Position numbers and translations under genes: made by a program. A stretch of DNA of 64,000 nt from Bifidobacterium breve (GTDB lineage: Bacteria > Actinomycetota > Actinomycetes > Nanopelagicales > Nanopelagicaceae). The DNA lies in the NCBI GenBank assembly GCA_945890205.1, contig CAMDCL010000003.1, positions 3,523-67,522 of the forward strand. The letters run 5' to 3'. Shown in pieces: positions 1 to 9,911 of the stretch. The first letter of the stretch is position 1, and every line of letters begins with the position of its first letter. The notes under the pieces were generated by a model. The model did no database searches, was not told the origin of the DNA, and saw only the letters and a list, made by a program, of their open reading frames with translations.

Positions 1-530
1 CCACGATAAGTATCGACACAATGAGAGCGAGCACAGCAGAGGCGGCTGTAAAAGCTGGTGCTTCAATTATTAATGATGTCAGTGGGGGATTAGCCGACGT
101 TGCGATGTTACAAACCGCTGCTCGATTGCAGGTGCCTTACATTGCGATGCATTGGCGTGGACACTCAAAGGAGATGAATTCCAAGGCTACTTACGGGGAT
201 GTCGTAATAGATGTGATTTCAGAGCTCAATGAGCGTATTGAAGCGGCGTTAGATGCAGGGATTCACAGAGATAAGTTGATCATTGATCCAGGTATCGGAT
301 TTGCAAAGGAGGCTGAACATAATTGGGCGATCATCGATTCAATTGATCGCATCGTTGCCATAGGTTATCCAGTCTTAGTTGGGGCATCACGCAAGAGATT
401 TCTAGGTGGAGATTCACCTGATGAAAGAGAGCAGGCCACTATCGAACTTACTAAACGGCTGAGCACAACCGGTGTGTGGGCGGTTAGAGTTCATAGCGTG
501 AAGCCACACAAGGAGGTGTTAAGTTCATGA
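1..530 (+). CDS. folP: Dihydropteroate synthase, 5' end outside the window
   Basis: Frame open from the left edge (TISIDTM...). Motifs INDVSG, MHWRG, IDPGIGFAK, GASRKRF, VRVH. Followed by folB and folK. Confidence 0.96.
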   Translation, partial: TISIDTMRASTAEAAVKAGASIINDVSGGLADVAMLQTAARLQVPYIAMHWRGHSKEMNSKATYGDVVIDVISELNERIEAALDAGIHRDKLIIDPGIGFAKEAEHNWAIIDSIDRIVAIGYPVLVGASRKRFLGGDSPDEREQATIELTKRLSTTGVWAVRVHSVKPHKEVLSS

Positions 531-889
531 AGGATCAAATAATTTTGACCGGGATTCATGGATTTGGATACCACGGCGTTTTAGAGCATGAGCGAAAAGA
601 TGGACAAGATTTTTTTGTGGATCTGACCCTAACTTTGGATTTAACCGCACCCTCACTCTCAGATGCGATCGAAGATACCGTCAACTACGCCGAGATAACT
701 GATTTGGTAGTTGAGGAAATTACCAGTAACCCAGTCAACTTAATTGAGAAGTTAGCAGGAAGAATTGCAGAGAGAGTTTTGAATCAGCATGTAAAGGTTC
801 AACAGGTCTCTGTAACTGTTCATAAGCCGCAAGCACCTGTTGCTGCACAGTTAAAAGATATTGCTGTTGTTGTAACTCGAGTTCGATGA
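527..889 (+). CDS. folB: Dihydroneopterin aldolase
   Basis: GYHGV..ER..GQ.F, TVNYA, NLIEKLA, HKPQAP motifs; 4-nt overlap with folP. Confidence 0.96.
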   Translation: MKDQIILTGIHGFGYHGVLEHERKDGQDFFVDLTLTLDLTAPSLSDAIEDTVNYAEITDLVVEEITSNPVNLIEKLAGRIAERVLNQHVKVQQVSVTVHKPQAPVAAQLKDIAVVVTRVR

Positions 890-1335
890 AAGCTGTAATT
901 GCATTAGGTGCCAACCTTGGCAACCCACAGGAGAACTTAGATTTAGCTATTGCCCTGTTGCGTGAAGCAACTGATGTCAAGAAGGTTTCAACCTATTATT
1001 CAACGGCACCAGTTGGTGGCCCAGAACAACCTGATTATCTCAACGCTGTCTGTCTTATTGATAGTGAACTACCTGCGATGGATTTGCTATCACTACTTCA
1101 TGGAATCGAAAAGAGTTTAGGTCGCGAGAGATTGGTGCATTGGGGGCCGCGGACAATTGATCTGGATTTGATTCAGTATGGTGGATTACTCAGTAAGGCT
1201 GATGAGTTACAACTTCCACACCCACGTGCACATGAACGCCGCTTTGTTTTGCAACCCTGGTTTGAGATTGAGCCTGATGCAATCCTGCTTACTCACGGAG
1301 CGATAAAAGAACTTTTGGAGCAATTGCCCGCTTAG
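886..1335 (+). CDS. folK: 2-amino-4-hydroxy-6-hydroxymethyldihydropteridine pyrophosphokinase
   Basis: ALGANLG, QPDYLN, WGPRTIDLD, LPHPRAHERRFVL motifs. Confidence 0.96.
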   Translation: MKAVIALGANLGNPQENLDLAIALLREATDVKKVSTYYSTAPVGGPEQPDYLNAVCLIDSELPAMDLLSLLHGIEKSLGRERLVHWGPRTIDLDLIQYGGLLSKADELQLPHPRAHERRFVLQPWFEIEPDAILLTHGAIKELLEQLPA

Positions 1336-1338
1336 AGG

Positions 1339-1389
1339 TAAACTAATAACCATCTCGCCCGGTACCCCGAAAGGACTGGAGCCACTGAA
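1339..1389 (+). promoter_or_regulatory. Putative -10 box (TAAACT 1339-1344) and structured 5' leader of panC-coaX
   Basis: CCGGT(1359-63) pairs with ACTGG(1375-79) around CC-GAAA-GG with a bulge; the 3' arm overlaps GGAG (1378-81), 8 nt before the ATG. Confidence 0.45.
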
Positions 1390-2142
1390 ATGACTGTATT
1401 AGTACCAACGATGGGTGCCTTGCATAAAGGCCACCAAGCGCTGATTAAACGTGCGCGCACCTTGGATAAAGATGTCATCGTAAGTATTTTTGTAAATCCA
1501 CTTCAGTTTGAAAGTAAAGAGGATTTAGAAAAATATCCCCGTTCACCACAGCGAGATATTGAGATTGCAACACTTGCAGGTGCTAACGAGGTCTGGTTTC
1601 CCGAGTATGAAGATCTTTACCCGGAAGGGTTTAAAACTTTAAGCGCTGGTGTCCTGGGAGACAAGTTTGAAGGCGCATCCCGTCCCGGACACTTTGATGG
1701 AGTTGTAACCGTTGTTGATCGTCTCTTTGCAGTTGCAAAGCCTGACAAGGCTGTATTTGGTGAGAAAGATTTTCAGCAGTTAACGATCATCAAAGCCATG
1801 AAGAGCAAGGTGGAGATTGTTTCTGTTCCAACAGTTCGTGAGTTTGATGGCTTGGCGATGTCATCACGCAATGTTCGTTTGAGTGAATCTGGCCGCGATA
1901 CTGCTCTTGTAATTCATCGCGCATTGGCCGCAGCAAAGCTAGCCCCAACAGTTGAAATCGCTCAAGAGGTACTTAATTCAACCCTTTCCACAGAGCCAGG
2001 CTTTGAAAAGGATTACGCAACGATTATTGACGAGAAAGATTTTTCAGTTGCAGATGATTCAACGGAAAATCGCAGAGCAATTATTGCTGGCTGGGTAGAA
2101 GGTGTTCGTTTACTTGACAACATGCAAATGGTAGGGAGATAA
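1390..2142 (+). CDS. panC: Pantoate--beta-alanine ligase
   Basis: PTMGALHKGH, SIFVNPLQF, RPGHFDGV, FGEKDFQQ, GLAMSSRN, RLLDN motifs. Confidence 0.96.
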   Translation: MTVLVPTMGALHKGHQALIKRARTLDKDVIVSIFVNPLQFESKEDLEKYPRSPQRDIEIATLAGANEVWFPEYEDLYPEGFKTLSAGVLGDKFEGASRPGHFDGVVTVVDRLFAVAKPDKAVFGEKDFQQLTIIKAMKSKVEIVSVPTVREFDGLAMSSRNVRLSESGRDTALVIHRALAAAKLAPTVEIAQEVLNSTLSTEPGFEKDYATIIDEKDFSVADDSTENRRAIIAGWVEGVRLLDNMQMVGR

Positions 2143-2144
2143 GA

Positions 2145-2909
2145 ATGTTATTAACAGTTGATGTCGGAAACACAAACACGGTACTTGGAATCTTTGATGA
2201 CAAGGAAATGGTTCGTTCATGGCGCGTAAAGACAGATCCACGCAGTACCGCAGATGAGCTGTGGTTGCAGTACCGCGCACTTGTAGAGGATTACGACCTC
2301 ACGGGGTTGTCTATCTGTTCTACCGTTCCAGCAACTTTGCGGGAACTTCGCACGATGATCGCTGATTATTTCTCAGATGTTCGAGTCACAATTGTTGAGC
2401 CAGGGATTAAAACAGGTGTTCCATTGCTAGTGGATAATCCAAAGGAGATAGGCGCAGATCGCATCGTTAATACCCTGGCGGCACATACATTATTTGGCGG
2501 TCCAGCAATTGTTGTTGATTTTGGAACTTCGACAAACCTAGATGTTGTTTCGCCTAAAGGGGAGTTTCTAGGTGGTGCGCTAGCACCCGGAATTGAAATC
2601 TCGGTGGATGCCCTTGCATCACGTGCGGCCCAGCTGCGCAAGGTTGAGTTAATCAAGCCAAAGAATGTCATAGGTAAAAATACGGTCGAGGCTCTTCAAT
2701 CCGGAACTATTTATGGCTTTGCCGGTCAGGTAGATGGATTAGTTGATCGCATTACCGCCGAGCTGCTAGAGAGTTATTCAGCAAAGCCAACGGTGATTGC
2801 AACGGGTGGATTAGCGCCATTAATCATCGGAGTTTCAGAAACTATCGACCATCATGAGCCTGATTTAACGCTGATTGGGCTTCGCTTAATTCACGAACGA
2901 AATGCATGA
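2145..2909 (+). CDS. coaX: Type III pantothenate kinase
   Basis: DVGNTNT, IGADR, VDFGT, IATGG motifs. Confidence 0.96.
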   Translation: MLLTVDVGNTNTVLGIFDDKEMVRSWRVKTDPRSTADELWLQYRALVEDYDLTGLSICSTVPATLRELRTMIADYFSDVRVTIVEPGIKTGVPLLVDNPKEIGADRIVNTLAAHTLFGGPAIVVDFGTSTNLDVVSPKGEFLGGALAPGIEISVDALASRAAQLRKVELIKPKNVIGKNTVEALQSGTIYGFAGQVDGLVDRITAELLESYSAKPTVIATGGLAPLIIGVSETIDHHEPDLTLIGLRLIHERNA

Positions 2910-2929
2910 GTCGGTAGACTTCATAACCT

Positions 2930-4435
2930 ATGAGTACTGAAAACCTACCTACCGAAGAGGATCTGCCAGAGCAGCTCCGTATTCGACGTGAAAAGCGGGC
3001 ATCACTGCTTGAGCGCAAGGTTGAGCCATATCCAGTCTCGGTACCTCGCACTAAGACTCTCAAGGAGATTCGTGACAAGTACATCGGTCTAGAGATCGAT
3101 AGTGCAACGGGTGATATCGAGTCATTAACTGGTCGAATTATTTTTAAGCGCGATACCGGAAAACTTTGCTTTGCAACACTTCGCGAGGGAGATGGAACAG
3201 AGCTTCAGGCGATGTTCTCTTTGGACAAGGTCGGGCAAGAGGTTCTTGACTCATGGAAATCAGATATTGATCTAGGTGACATCGTTTCTATCACCGGCGA
3301 GATCATTACATCTAAGCGCGGCGAACTTTCTATCTTGGCTAATTCATGGAGCTTGGCATCTAAGTCACTGCGTCCATTGCCAAATGATCATAAGCCAATG
3401 TCTGAAGAGACACGTGTTCGTATGCGTTATGTAGATTTAATTGTTCGCCCAGAGGCTCGCAGTAATGCACGTATGCGTCCAGCGGTAATGAAATCTTTGC
3501 GCGACACCTTTGATAAGGCTAACTTTGTTGAAGTAGAAACTCCGATGCTGCAGGTTATGCATGGTGGCGCTGCTGCCCGTCCCTTTAAATCCTTCTCAAA
3601 CGCATATGACATGGATCTGTACCTGCGTATTGCTCCAGAGCTTTTCTTGAAACGCTGTGTTGTTGGTGGCATCGAACGTGTATTTGAGATCAACCGTAAT
3701 TTCCGCAATGAAGGTGCAGATTCATCTCATTCTCCAGAGTTTGCGATGATCGAAAGCTACATGGCATACGGTGACTGGATGTCGATCGCAGATCTGACTC
3801 GTACCCTTGTCCAAAATGCAGCGATGGCGGTTGCAGGTTCACATGTTGTTACCCACCACGATGGTCGCCAAGCCGACCTTGGTGGTCAGTGGAAGCAAAT
3901 CTCCTTGTATGAGGCTATTTCTAACGGTGTCGGAGAAACAGTTACAGCCCTTACCCCGTATGCAGATTTGAAGAAGATCGCGGAAAAGTTGGGCATGAAG
4001 ATTGACCCAAAGTGGATTACCGGAAAGCTTGCTGAAGAAATCTTCGAGCATGTTGCACGTCATCTATTAGTTGAACCAACTTTTGTTATGGGATTCCCGG
4101 TAGATACTTCTCCGCTAGTACGTGCACACCGTGAACTTCCGGGAGTTGCAGAAAAATGGGATCTGTACATTGATGGTTTTGAACTTGCAACTGGTTATTC
4201 GGAGCTAATCGACCCAGTGATTCAACGTGATCGTTTAGTTGAGCAAGCAAATCTTGGCTCAAAGGGTGATCTTGAAGCGATGCAGGTAGATGAAGATTTC
4301 TTGCGTGCTATGGAGTTTGCGATGCCGCCAACTGGTGGAATGGGAATGGGTGTTGATCGTTTACTTATGGCGCTAACCGGTCTTGGAATTCGTGAAACTA
4401 TTTTGTTTCCACTTGTTAAGCCTGAAGTTGATTAA
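2930..4435 (+). CDS. lysS: Lysine--tRNA ligase (class II)
   Basis: OB-fold N-terminus; EVETPML, GGAAARPF, LYLRIAPEL, FRNEG, GMGVDRL motifs. Confidence 0.97.
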   Translation: MSTENLPTEEDLPEQLRIRREKRASLLERKVEPYPVSVPRTKTLKEIRDKYIGLEIDSATGDIESLTGRIIFKRDTGKLCFATLREGDGTELQAMFSLDKVGQEVLDSWKSDIDLGDIVSITGEIITSKRGELSILANSWSLASKSLRPLPNDHKPMSEETRVRMRYVDLIVRPEARSNARMRPAVMKSLRDTFDKANFVEVETPMLQVMHGGAAARPFKSFSNAYDMDLYLRIAPELFLKRCVVGGIERVFEINRNFRNEGADSSHSPEFAMIESYMAYGDWMSIADLTRTLVQNAAMAVAGSHVVTHHDGRQADLGGQWKQISLYEAISNGVGETVTALTPYADLKKIAEKLGMKIDPKWITGKLAEEIFEHVARHLLVEPTFVMGFPVDTSPLVRAHRELPGVAEKWDLYIDGFELATGYSELIDPVIQRDRLVEQANLGSKGDLEAMQVDEDFLRAMEFAMPPTGGMGMGVDRLLMALTGLGIRETILFPLVKPEVD

Positions 4436-4438
4436 TCA

Positions 4439-4930
4439 ATGCAGATTCGTCCAGCTCGCACCAATGACATCAAAGGCATTCGCCAGTTAATTGATTCATA
4501 TGCACCACAAGGTCGCTTGCTTTCAAAAGAGACTGTGACCTTGTATGAAAGTGTGCAGGAGTTCACCGTTGCAGTTGAAGGCGATCAAGTTGTTGGCTGT
4601 GGTGCGTTGCACGTTTTGTGGGAGGATTTAGCTGAGGTTCGCACAGTTGCGGTTACGGAAAATCTTCGCGGCAAAGGGGTTGGTCATCAAATTTTGGATT
4701 CCATTATTGATCGCGCACAATCGCTGGGCGTAAAGAGAATCTTTTGCTTGACCTTTGAAACTAAGTTCTTCGGCAGCCACGGCTTCGAGGTAATCGAAGG
4801 AACCCCGGTCGAGCCTGAGATTTACCAGGAGCTTTTGCGCTCATACGATGCTGGTGTGGCTGAGTTCTTGGATCTTGAGTCGGTAAAGCCCAATACCCTG
4901 GGAAATACCAGAATGCTCAAAAAGCTGTAA
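4439..4930 (+). CDS. argA: Amino-acid N-acetyltransferase (short actinobacterial ArgA)
   Basis: GNAT fold; GCGALHVLWEDLAE, FCLTFE, VKPNTLGNTRML typical of the Rv2747-like family. Confidence 0.88.
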   Translation: MQIRPARTNDIKGIRQLIDSYAPQGRLLSKETVTLYESVQEFTVAVEGDQVVGCGALHVLWEDLAEVRTVAVTENLRGKGVGHQILDSIIDRAQSLGVKRIFCLTFETKFFGSHGFEVIEGTPVEPEIYQELLRSYDAGVAEFLDLESVKPNTLGNTRMLKKL

Positions 4931-4949
4931 GTACCTAGATTTAGTCCGT

Positions 4950-4980
4950 TTTCGGGCATAACCCCGCCACATTTGGGGTT
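4950..4980 (+). terminator. Possible hairpin after lysS-argA
   Basis: AACCCC...GGGGTT inverted repeat 20 nt after the argA stop; no U-tract on the + strand. Confidence 0.3.
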
Positions 4981-5065
4981 GTAAAAGTCAGAAGCATTCC
5001 ACCTCGCGAGCGTAGCCCCGCAGGTATTAGGCTTAATGAAAGAACGATCCAAAGGAGCACCGCCC

Positions 5066-7567
5066 ATGTTTGAGCGCTTTACAGACCGAGCCCGTCGCGT
5101 TGTCGTGCTGGCCCAAGAGGAAGCACGCATGCTCAACCACAACTACATTGGCACCGAACACATCCTTCTGGGTTTAATCCATGAAGGTGAAGGCGTTGCA
5201 GCTAAAGCCCTTGAATCATTAGGAATCTCACTTGAAGGTGTACGCGCACAAGTTGAAGAGATCATCGGTCAAGGTCAGCAAGCACCAAGTGGTCACATTC
5301 CATTTACTCCGCGCGCAAAGAAGGTTCTTGAACTCTCACTTCGCGAAGCGTTGCAGTTAGGTCACAACTACATCGGAACAGAACACATCCTTTTAGGTTT
5401 AATCCGCGAAGGTGAAGGTGTTGCGGCACAGGTTCTAGTAAAGCTTGGCGCAGATCTTAATCGCGTTCGTCAACAGGTTATTCAACTTCTCTCTGGTTAC
5501 CAGGGTAAGGAAGCTGTACAAACTGGTGGACCTGCAGAAGGAACTCCATCGACATCATTGGTTCTTGATCAATTTGGTCGCAATCTGACACAGGCAGCAC
5601 GTGAAGGAAAGCTAGATCCTGTAATTGGTCGCGAAAATGAAATTGAGCGCGTGATGCAGGTTCTCTCACGTCGAACAAAGAACAACCCAGTTCTTATTGG
5701 TGAACCAGGTGTTGGTAAGACCGCGGTTGTTGAAGGTCTTGCACAAGCGATTTACAAGAATGATGTTCCAGAAACATTAAAGGACAAGCAGCTGTACTCA
5801 CTTGATCTAGGTGCGCTAGTTGCTGGTTCTCGTTACCGTGGAGATTTCGAAGAGCGCCTGAAGAAGGTTCTAAAAGAGATCAAAACTCGTGGCGACATCA
5901 TTCTCTTTATCGATGAGATTCACACACTTGTAGGTGCAGGCGCTGCAGAGGGTGCGATTGATGCTGCAAGCATCCTGAAGCCAATGCTGGCCCGCGGTGA
6001 GCTACAGACCATCGGTGCGACAACACTTGATGAGTACCGCAAGCATGTAGAAAAGGATGCAGCTCTTGAGCGTCGCTTCCAGCCAATTCAGGTGAAGGAG
6101 CCATCAGTTGCTCACACCATTGAAATTTTGAAGGGGCTACGCGACCGCTACGAAACACACCACCGTGTATCAATCACAGATGGTGCGCTCGCAGCGGCTG
6201 CAAATATGGCTGATCGTTATGTTTCAGATCGTTTCTTGCCAGACAAGGCGATCGACCTTATTGATGAAGCGGGTTCACGTCTTCGCATTAAGCGCATGAC
6301 AGCACCTGCCGAGCTACGCGAGTTTGATGACAAGATCGCAAACGCTCGTAAGGAGAAAGAGTCAGCAATTGATGGTCAGGATTTTGAGTTAGCTGCAACT
6401 CTTCGCGATAAGGAAAAGAACTTAATCGCAGAAAAGCATGATGCTGAAAAGAATTGGAAGGCCACGGATCTAGATAAGGTCACTGAGGTAGATGAAGAAC
6501 TCATCGCACAGGTACTTTCTATCTCAACTGGAATTCCTGTATTCAAACTTACTGAAGAAGAGACGGCACGTCTGCTTCGTATGGAGGATGAGCTACACAA
6601 CCGTGTGATCGGACAGGATCAAGCGATCAAGGCGTTGTCACAAGCGATCCGTCGTACCCGGGCAGGCCTTAAGGATCCTCGTCGTCCAGGTGGATCATTT
6701 ATCTTCGCCGGTCCTTCTGGAGTTGGTAAGACTGAACTTTCACGCACACTTGCTTCATTCCTATTTGGTGATCAGGATGCGTTGATTCAACTTGATATGT
6801 CTGAGTACTCAGAGCGCCACACCGCATCACGTCTGTTTGGTGCACCTCCTGGGTATGTCGGTTATGACGAGGGTGGACAGCTCACTGAAAAGGTACGTCG
6901 TCGTCCATTCTCAGTTGTTCTCTTTGATGAGATCGAAAAGGCTCACCCAGATATCTTCAACTCACTTCTACAGGTACTTGAAGATGGACGCCTTACAGAT
7001 GCACAGGGGCGAACAGTAGATTTCAAGAACACCGTCATCATCATGACTACAAACCTTGGTACCCGTGACATCTCTAAATCACTTGGGCTTGGCTTTGCTA
7101 ATAGCGATGATGATCTAACAAATTATGAGCGCATGAAGGGCAAGGTCAGTGATGAACTTAAGTCACACTTCCGCCCAGAGTTCCTCAACCGTATCGATGA
7201 CATCATCGTCTTCCACCAGTTAACCAAGCCACAGATCATTCAGATCGTTGATTTGATGCTTAAGAACCTTGATGATCGTTTGCAAACAAAGGACATGGGC
7301 ATCGAGCTCACACCTGCTGCTAAGGATCTTCTTGCAGAGCGTGGTTACGATCCATTGTTGGGTGCACGTCCATTGCGTCGTGTTATTCAACGCGAAATCG
7401 AAGACTCATTGTCAGAGCGCATCTTGTTTGGTGAGCTCAAGGCTGGCGAGATCATCGTTGTAGATGTCGAAGGTGTTGGCGCAGAAGCTGTCTTCACATT
7501 TAAGGGAGCACCAAAGGCTGCAATGCCTGATACCCCTGAAGATCTTGCAGAAGCACCTACCGCTTAA
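5066..7567 (+). CDS. clpC: ATP-dependent Clp protease ATP-binding subunit ClpC
   Basis: [20 protein letters not shown] start after RBS AAAGGAG (5051-57); two Walker A motifs ([16 protein letters not shown]); LGF ClpP-binding loop. Confidence 0.97.
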   Translation: MFERFTDRARRVVVLAQEEARMLNHNYIGTEHILLGLIHEGEGVAAKALESLGISLEGVRAQVEEIIGQGQQAPSGHIPFTPRAKKVLELSLREALQLGHNYIGTEHILLGLIREGEGVAAQVLVKLGADLNRVRQQVIQLLSGYQGKEAVQTGGPAEGTPSTSLVLDQFGRNLTQAAREGKLDPVIGRENEIERVMQVLSRRTKNNPVLIGEPGVGKTAVVEGLAQAIYKNDVPETLKDKQLYSLDLGALVAGSRYRGDFEERLKKVLKEIKTRGDIILFIDEIHTLVGAGAAEGAIDAASILKPMLARGELQTIGATTLDEYRKHVEKDAALERRFQPIQVKEPSVAHTIEILKGLRDRYETHHRVSITDGALAAAANMADRYVSDRFLPDKAIDLIDEAGSRLRIKRMTAPAELREFDDKIANARKEKESAIDGQDFELAATLRDKEKNLIAEKHDAEKNWKATDLDKVTEVDEELIAQVLSISTGIPVFKLTEEETARLLRMEDELHNRVIGQDQAIKALSQAIRRTRAGLKDPRRPGGSFIFAGPSGVGKTELSRTLASFLFGDQDALIQLDMSEYSERHTASRLFGAPPGYVGYDEGGQLTEKVRRRPFSVVLFDEIEKAHPDIFNSLLQVLEDGRLTDAQGRTVDFKNTVIIMTTNLGTRDISKSLGLGFANSDDDLTNYERMKGKVSDELKSHFRPEFLNRIDDIIVFHQLTKPQIIQIVDLMLKNLDDRLQTKDMGIELTPAAKDLLAERGYDPLLGARPLRRVIQREIEDSLSERILFGELKAGEIIVVDVEGVGAEAVFTFKGAPKAAMPDTPEDLAEAPTA

Positions 7568-7582
7568 ATATTGATCGCTATT

Positions 7583-7620
7583 ACCCCTCTTAGTTATTCA
7601 CTAAGCGGGGTTTTTGCTTT
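7583..7620 (+). terminator. Intrinsic terminator of clpC
   Basis: ACCCC-T-CTTAG / CTAAG-C-GGGGT stem followed by TTTTGCTTT. Confidence 0.8.
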
Positions 7621-7631
7621 AAACTTTTGAA

Positions 7632-8588
7632 ATGCGCCGGATTTTGTTAACCGAAGCCGATCAATTTCCAATAACTGATGAGCTTGTGGATCTAATTGCA
7701 CAACAAGGCTTTGAGTTAAAAAGAATTAATGGTTATGCGCAGAAAGATATCCGCGAAGCAGGCAAGGACTGCTTCGGAATACTTATGTACCACGGTGACA
7801 TTAACAGCGACACACTGGATAGCTTCCAAGAGATGCGGATTATTTCTCGCGTGGGAACCGGTTATGAGAAAATTGATGTCGGCGAAGCTAATCGTCGTGG
7901 TCTAGTTGTAACTAATGTACCTGGTGCATTCACCGATGTTCTTGCTGATCAAGCCATGCTTTTGATTCTTATGTATGCCCGGCAAATGCCATTTCTTTTA
8001 AGATCTCGCCAAGCACATCACTGGCCAGCACCCCAGGAATTTCCCGCCACTGCCGATCTTGGAGATCAAACATTGGGAATCATTGGTTTTGGACCAAGTG
8101 GACAAGCCCTTGCAAAGCGCGCTTTAGCTTTTGGGATGAAGGTAAAGGCTTGGTCTCGTACGCAAAAACCTGAGATCGCGGCCCAACTAGGTGTCACAGA
8201 GGTTGCATTTGAAGAGGCGCTCAATTGTGATTACGTATCGCTTCATGTTGCCTTAACCCCTGATACTGCGCACATCATCGATACCGAATCCTTAAAGCAT
8301 TTCAGAAGTAGCGGCGTATTGATCAACATTGGACGAGGCGGGTTAGTTGATGAAACCGCGTTGGTAGAGGCGCTTGATTCAGATCGACTGAGAGGTGCAG
8401 GTCTTGATGTAGTCGACCCAGAACCGCTGCCACTTTCGAGCCCACTATGGCAGCACAAAAAAGTTGAACTTACTTTTCATACAGCGGCATTTACTACCTC
8501 CGGAGGCGAAAGATGCATGCGATTGGCCCTGGAAGAAATCTTTCGAGTTGGAAGTGGCCTGACTCCCTTAAATCAAATTAAGAGCTAG
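7632..8588 (+). CDS. D-isomer-specific 2-hydroxyacid dehydrogenase
   Basis: GTGYEKID, VTNVPG, GIIGFGPSG (Rossmann), INIGRG, LDV..PEP and FHTA give the Arg-Glu-His triad. TAAACT-N6-ATG leaderless start. Confidence 0.9.
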   Translation: MRRILLTEADQFPITDELVDLIAQQGFELKRINGYAQKDIREAGKDCFGILMYHGDINSDTLDSFQEMRIISRVGTGYEKIDVGEANRRGLVVTNVPGAFTDVLADQAMLLILMYARQMPFLLRSRQAHHWPAPQEFPATADLGDQTLGIIGFGPSGQALAKRALAFGMKVKAWSRTQKPEIAAQLGVTEVAFEEALNCDYVSLHVALTPDTAHIIDTESLKHFRSSGVLINIGRGGLVDETALVEALDSDRLRGAGLDVVDPEPLPLSSPLWQHKKVELTFHTAAFTTSGGERCMRLALEEIFRVGSGLTPLNQIKS

Positions 8589-9051
8589 TTCCTAACTTTT
8601 TAAGTGCTTCTCCGCTAACGCGATAAACGGTCCACTCATCCATGGGTACTGCACCTAGGGATTTGTAGAAGTCGATGCTTGGTTGATTCCAATCCAGAAC
8701 CCACCACTGCAATCTTTCATAATCACGTTCAACGCAGATCTTGCCCAACTCTTTGAGAAAAGCTAAGCCGTAACCCTTGCCGCGATATGCGGGATCAACA
8801 TAGAGATCCTCAAGGTAGATGCCAGGCTTGCCAACCCATGTTGAGTAGTTAAGAAACCAGATAGAGATTCCAACTACAAGGCCGTTATCTTCTGCGACAT
8901 GGCAGTAAGCAACTGGGTTGTCGCCAAAGATTGTCTCTTCGATTTGCTGGATCGTTGCCTTTGCCTCAAGAGGTGCTTTCTCATACTCAGCTAGATCTTT
9001 AATCAGCTGGTGTATGCGTGGGGCATCCTCTTTGCGGGCGAAGCGAATCAT
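8578..9051 (-). CDS. GNAT N-acetyltransferase (diamine/SSAT-like)
   Basis: LAEYEK, NYSTWVGKPGIYLEDLYV, RGKGYG, VLDWN..SIDFY motifs. Confidence 0.88.
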   Translation of the reverse strand: MIRFARKEDAPRIHQLIKDLAEYEKAPLEAKATIQQIEETIFGDNPVAYCHVAEDNGLVVGISIWFLNYSTWVGKPGIYLEDLYVDPAYRGKGYGLAFLKELGKICVERDYERLQWWVLDWNQPSIDFYKSLGAVPMDEWTVYRVSGEALKKLGTSS

Positions 9052-9899
9052 TGCGGAAGTCTATAGCGGTTACGTGGGAGTCTTTGAATAAGTAGGTCAT
9101 CAGCCAGTGTTTTAAGCGCCTTTTCGACCTGCGACTCATCGGGCCATAACTTCTTGATAGCAGATTCTGTCAACGATTCATTTTCGCGAAGTGCCTGAAC
9201 AATTGTTCCGCGACATTTGCGATCGGTGCCATGCCAATCCTGTGATTTTCTAACGAGATCTGTTTTTGGATAACCATTTTTGCGCCAATTACATTGACCA
9301 ATGATGGGACACAGTTCGCATGCTGGATTCTTAGATGTACACACAAGTGCGCCCAGCTCCATAGTTGCTACAGCCCAGACATGCGCATTCTTTTCTGGAA
9401 GTACCGCTAGCCGTCGCGCTTTCTCACGAGCGGTCGGTGCTGGTTTTGGATGCTCCTGCCCATCAATTGCACGAACAAGTAAACGTCTGATGTTTACATC
9501 CATAACTAAAGAACGTTGTTCAAATGCAAAGGCGGCGATCGCAGCGGCGGTGTACTCACCTATTCCAGGTAGCAATTGGAGAGTTTCTTGATCCTCTGGA
9601 ACTTGGTTGTTGAAATCTTCAGCGATGATTTGTGCAGCGGCATGTAAGCGAAGTGCCCGTCGTGGATACCCTAAACGTCCCCAAGCGGTAATGACCTGTG
9701 CAGGGGTTGCCTTCGCTAAATCTTGCGGAGTTGGCCAACGCTCCATCCATTCATGCCATTTAGGTAGAACTCGATTGACTGGAGTTTGCTGCAACATGTA
9801 CTCGCTGACCATGACACCCCACGGTGATGTGTTGCGCCATGGAAGATCTCTTTTATTTTTCTTAAACCAAGCAAGGATTGGTTTTTCTAGCGAGCTCAT
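9048..9899 (-). CDS. mutY: A/G-specific adenine glycosylase
   Basis: RDLPWR, SEYMLQQT, LGYPRRA, HhH LPGIGEYTA, C-x6-C-x2-C-x5-C Fe-S motif. Confidence 0.93.
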   Translation of the reverse strand: MSSLEKPILAWFKKNKRDLPWRNTSPWGVMVSEYMLQQTPVNRVLPKWHEWMERWPTPQDLAKATPAQVITAWGRLGYPRRALRLHAAAQIIAEDFNNQVPEDQETLQLLPGIGEYTAAAIAAFAFEQRSLVMDVNIRRLLVRAIDGQEHPKPAPTAREKARRLAVLPEKNAHVWAVATMELGALVCTSKNPACELCPIIGQCNWRKNGYPKTDLVRKSQDWHGTDRKCRGTIVQALRENESLTESAIKKLWPDESQVEKALKTLADDLLIQRLPRNRYRLPQ

Positions 9900-9911
9900 T
9901 CGCCGGGCTAT

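Noticed and set aside
4991-5015. Possible SigH/SigR promoter for clpC (GAAG...CGTA)
   Set aside because: Both boxes deviate from GGAA-N17/18-CGTT; too weak to call.
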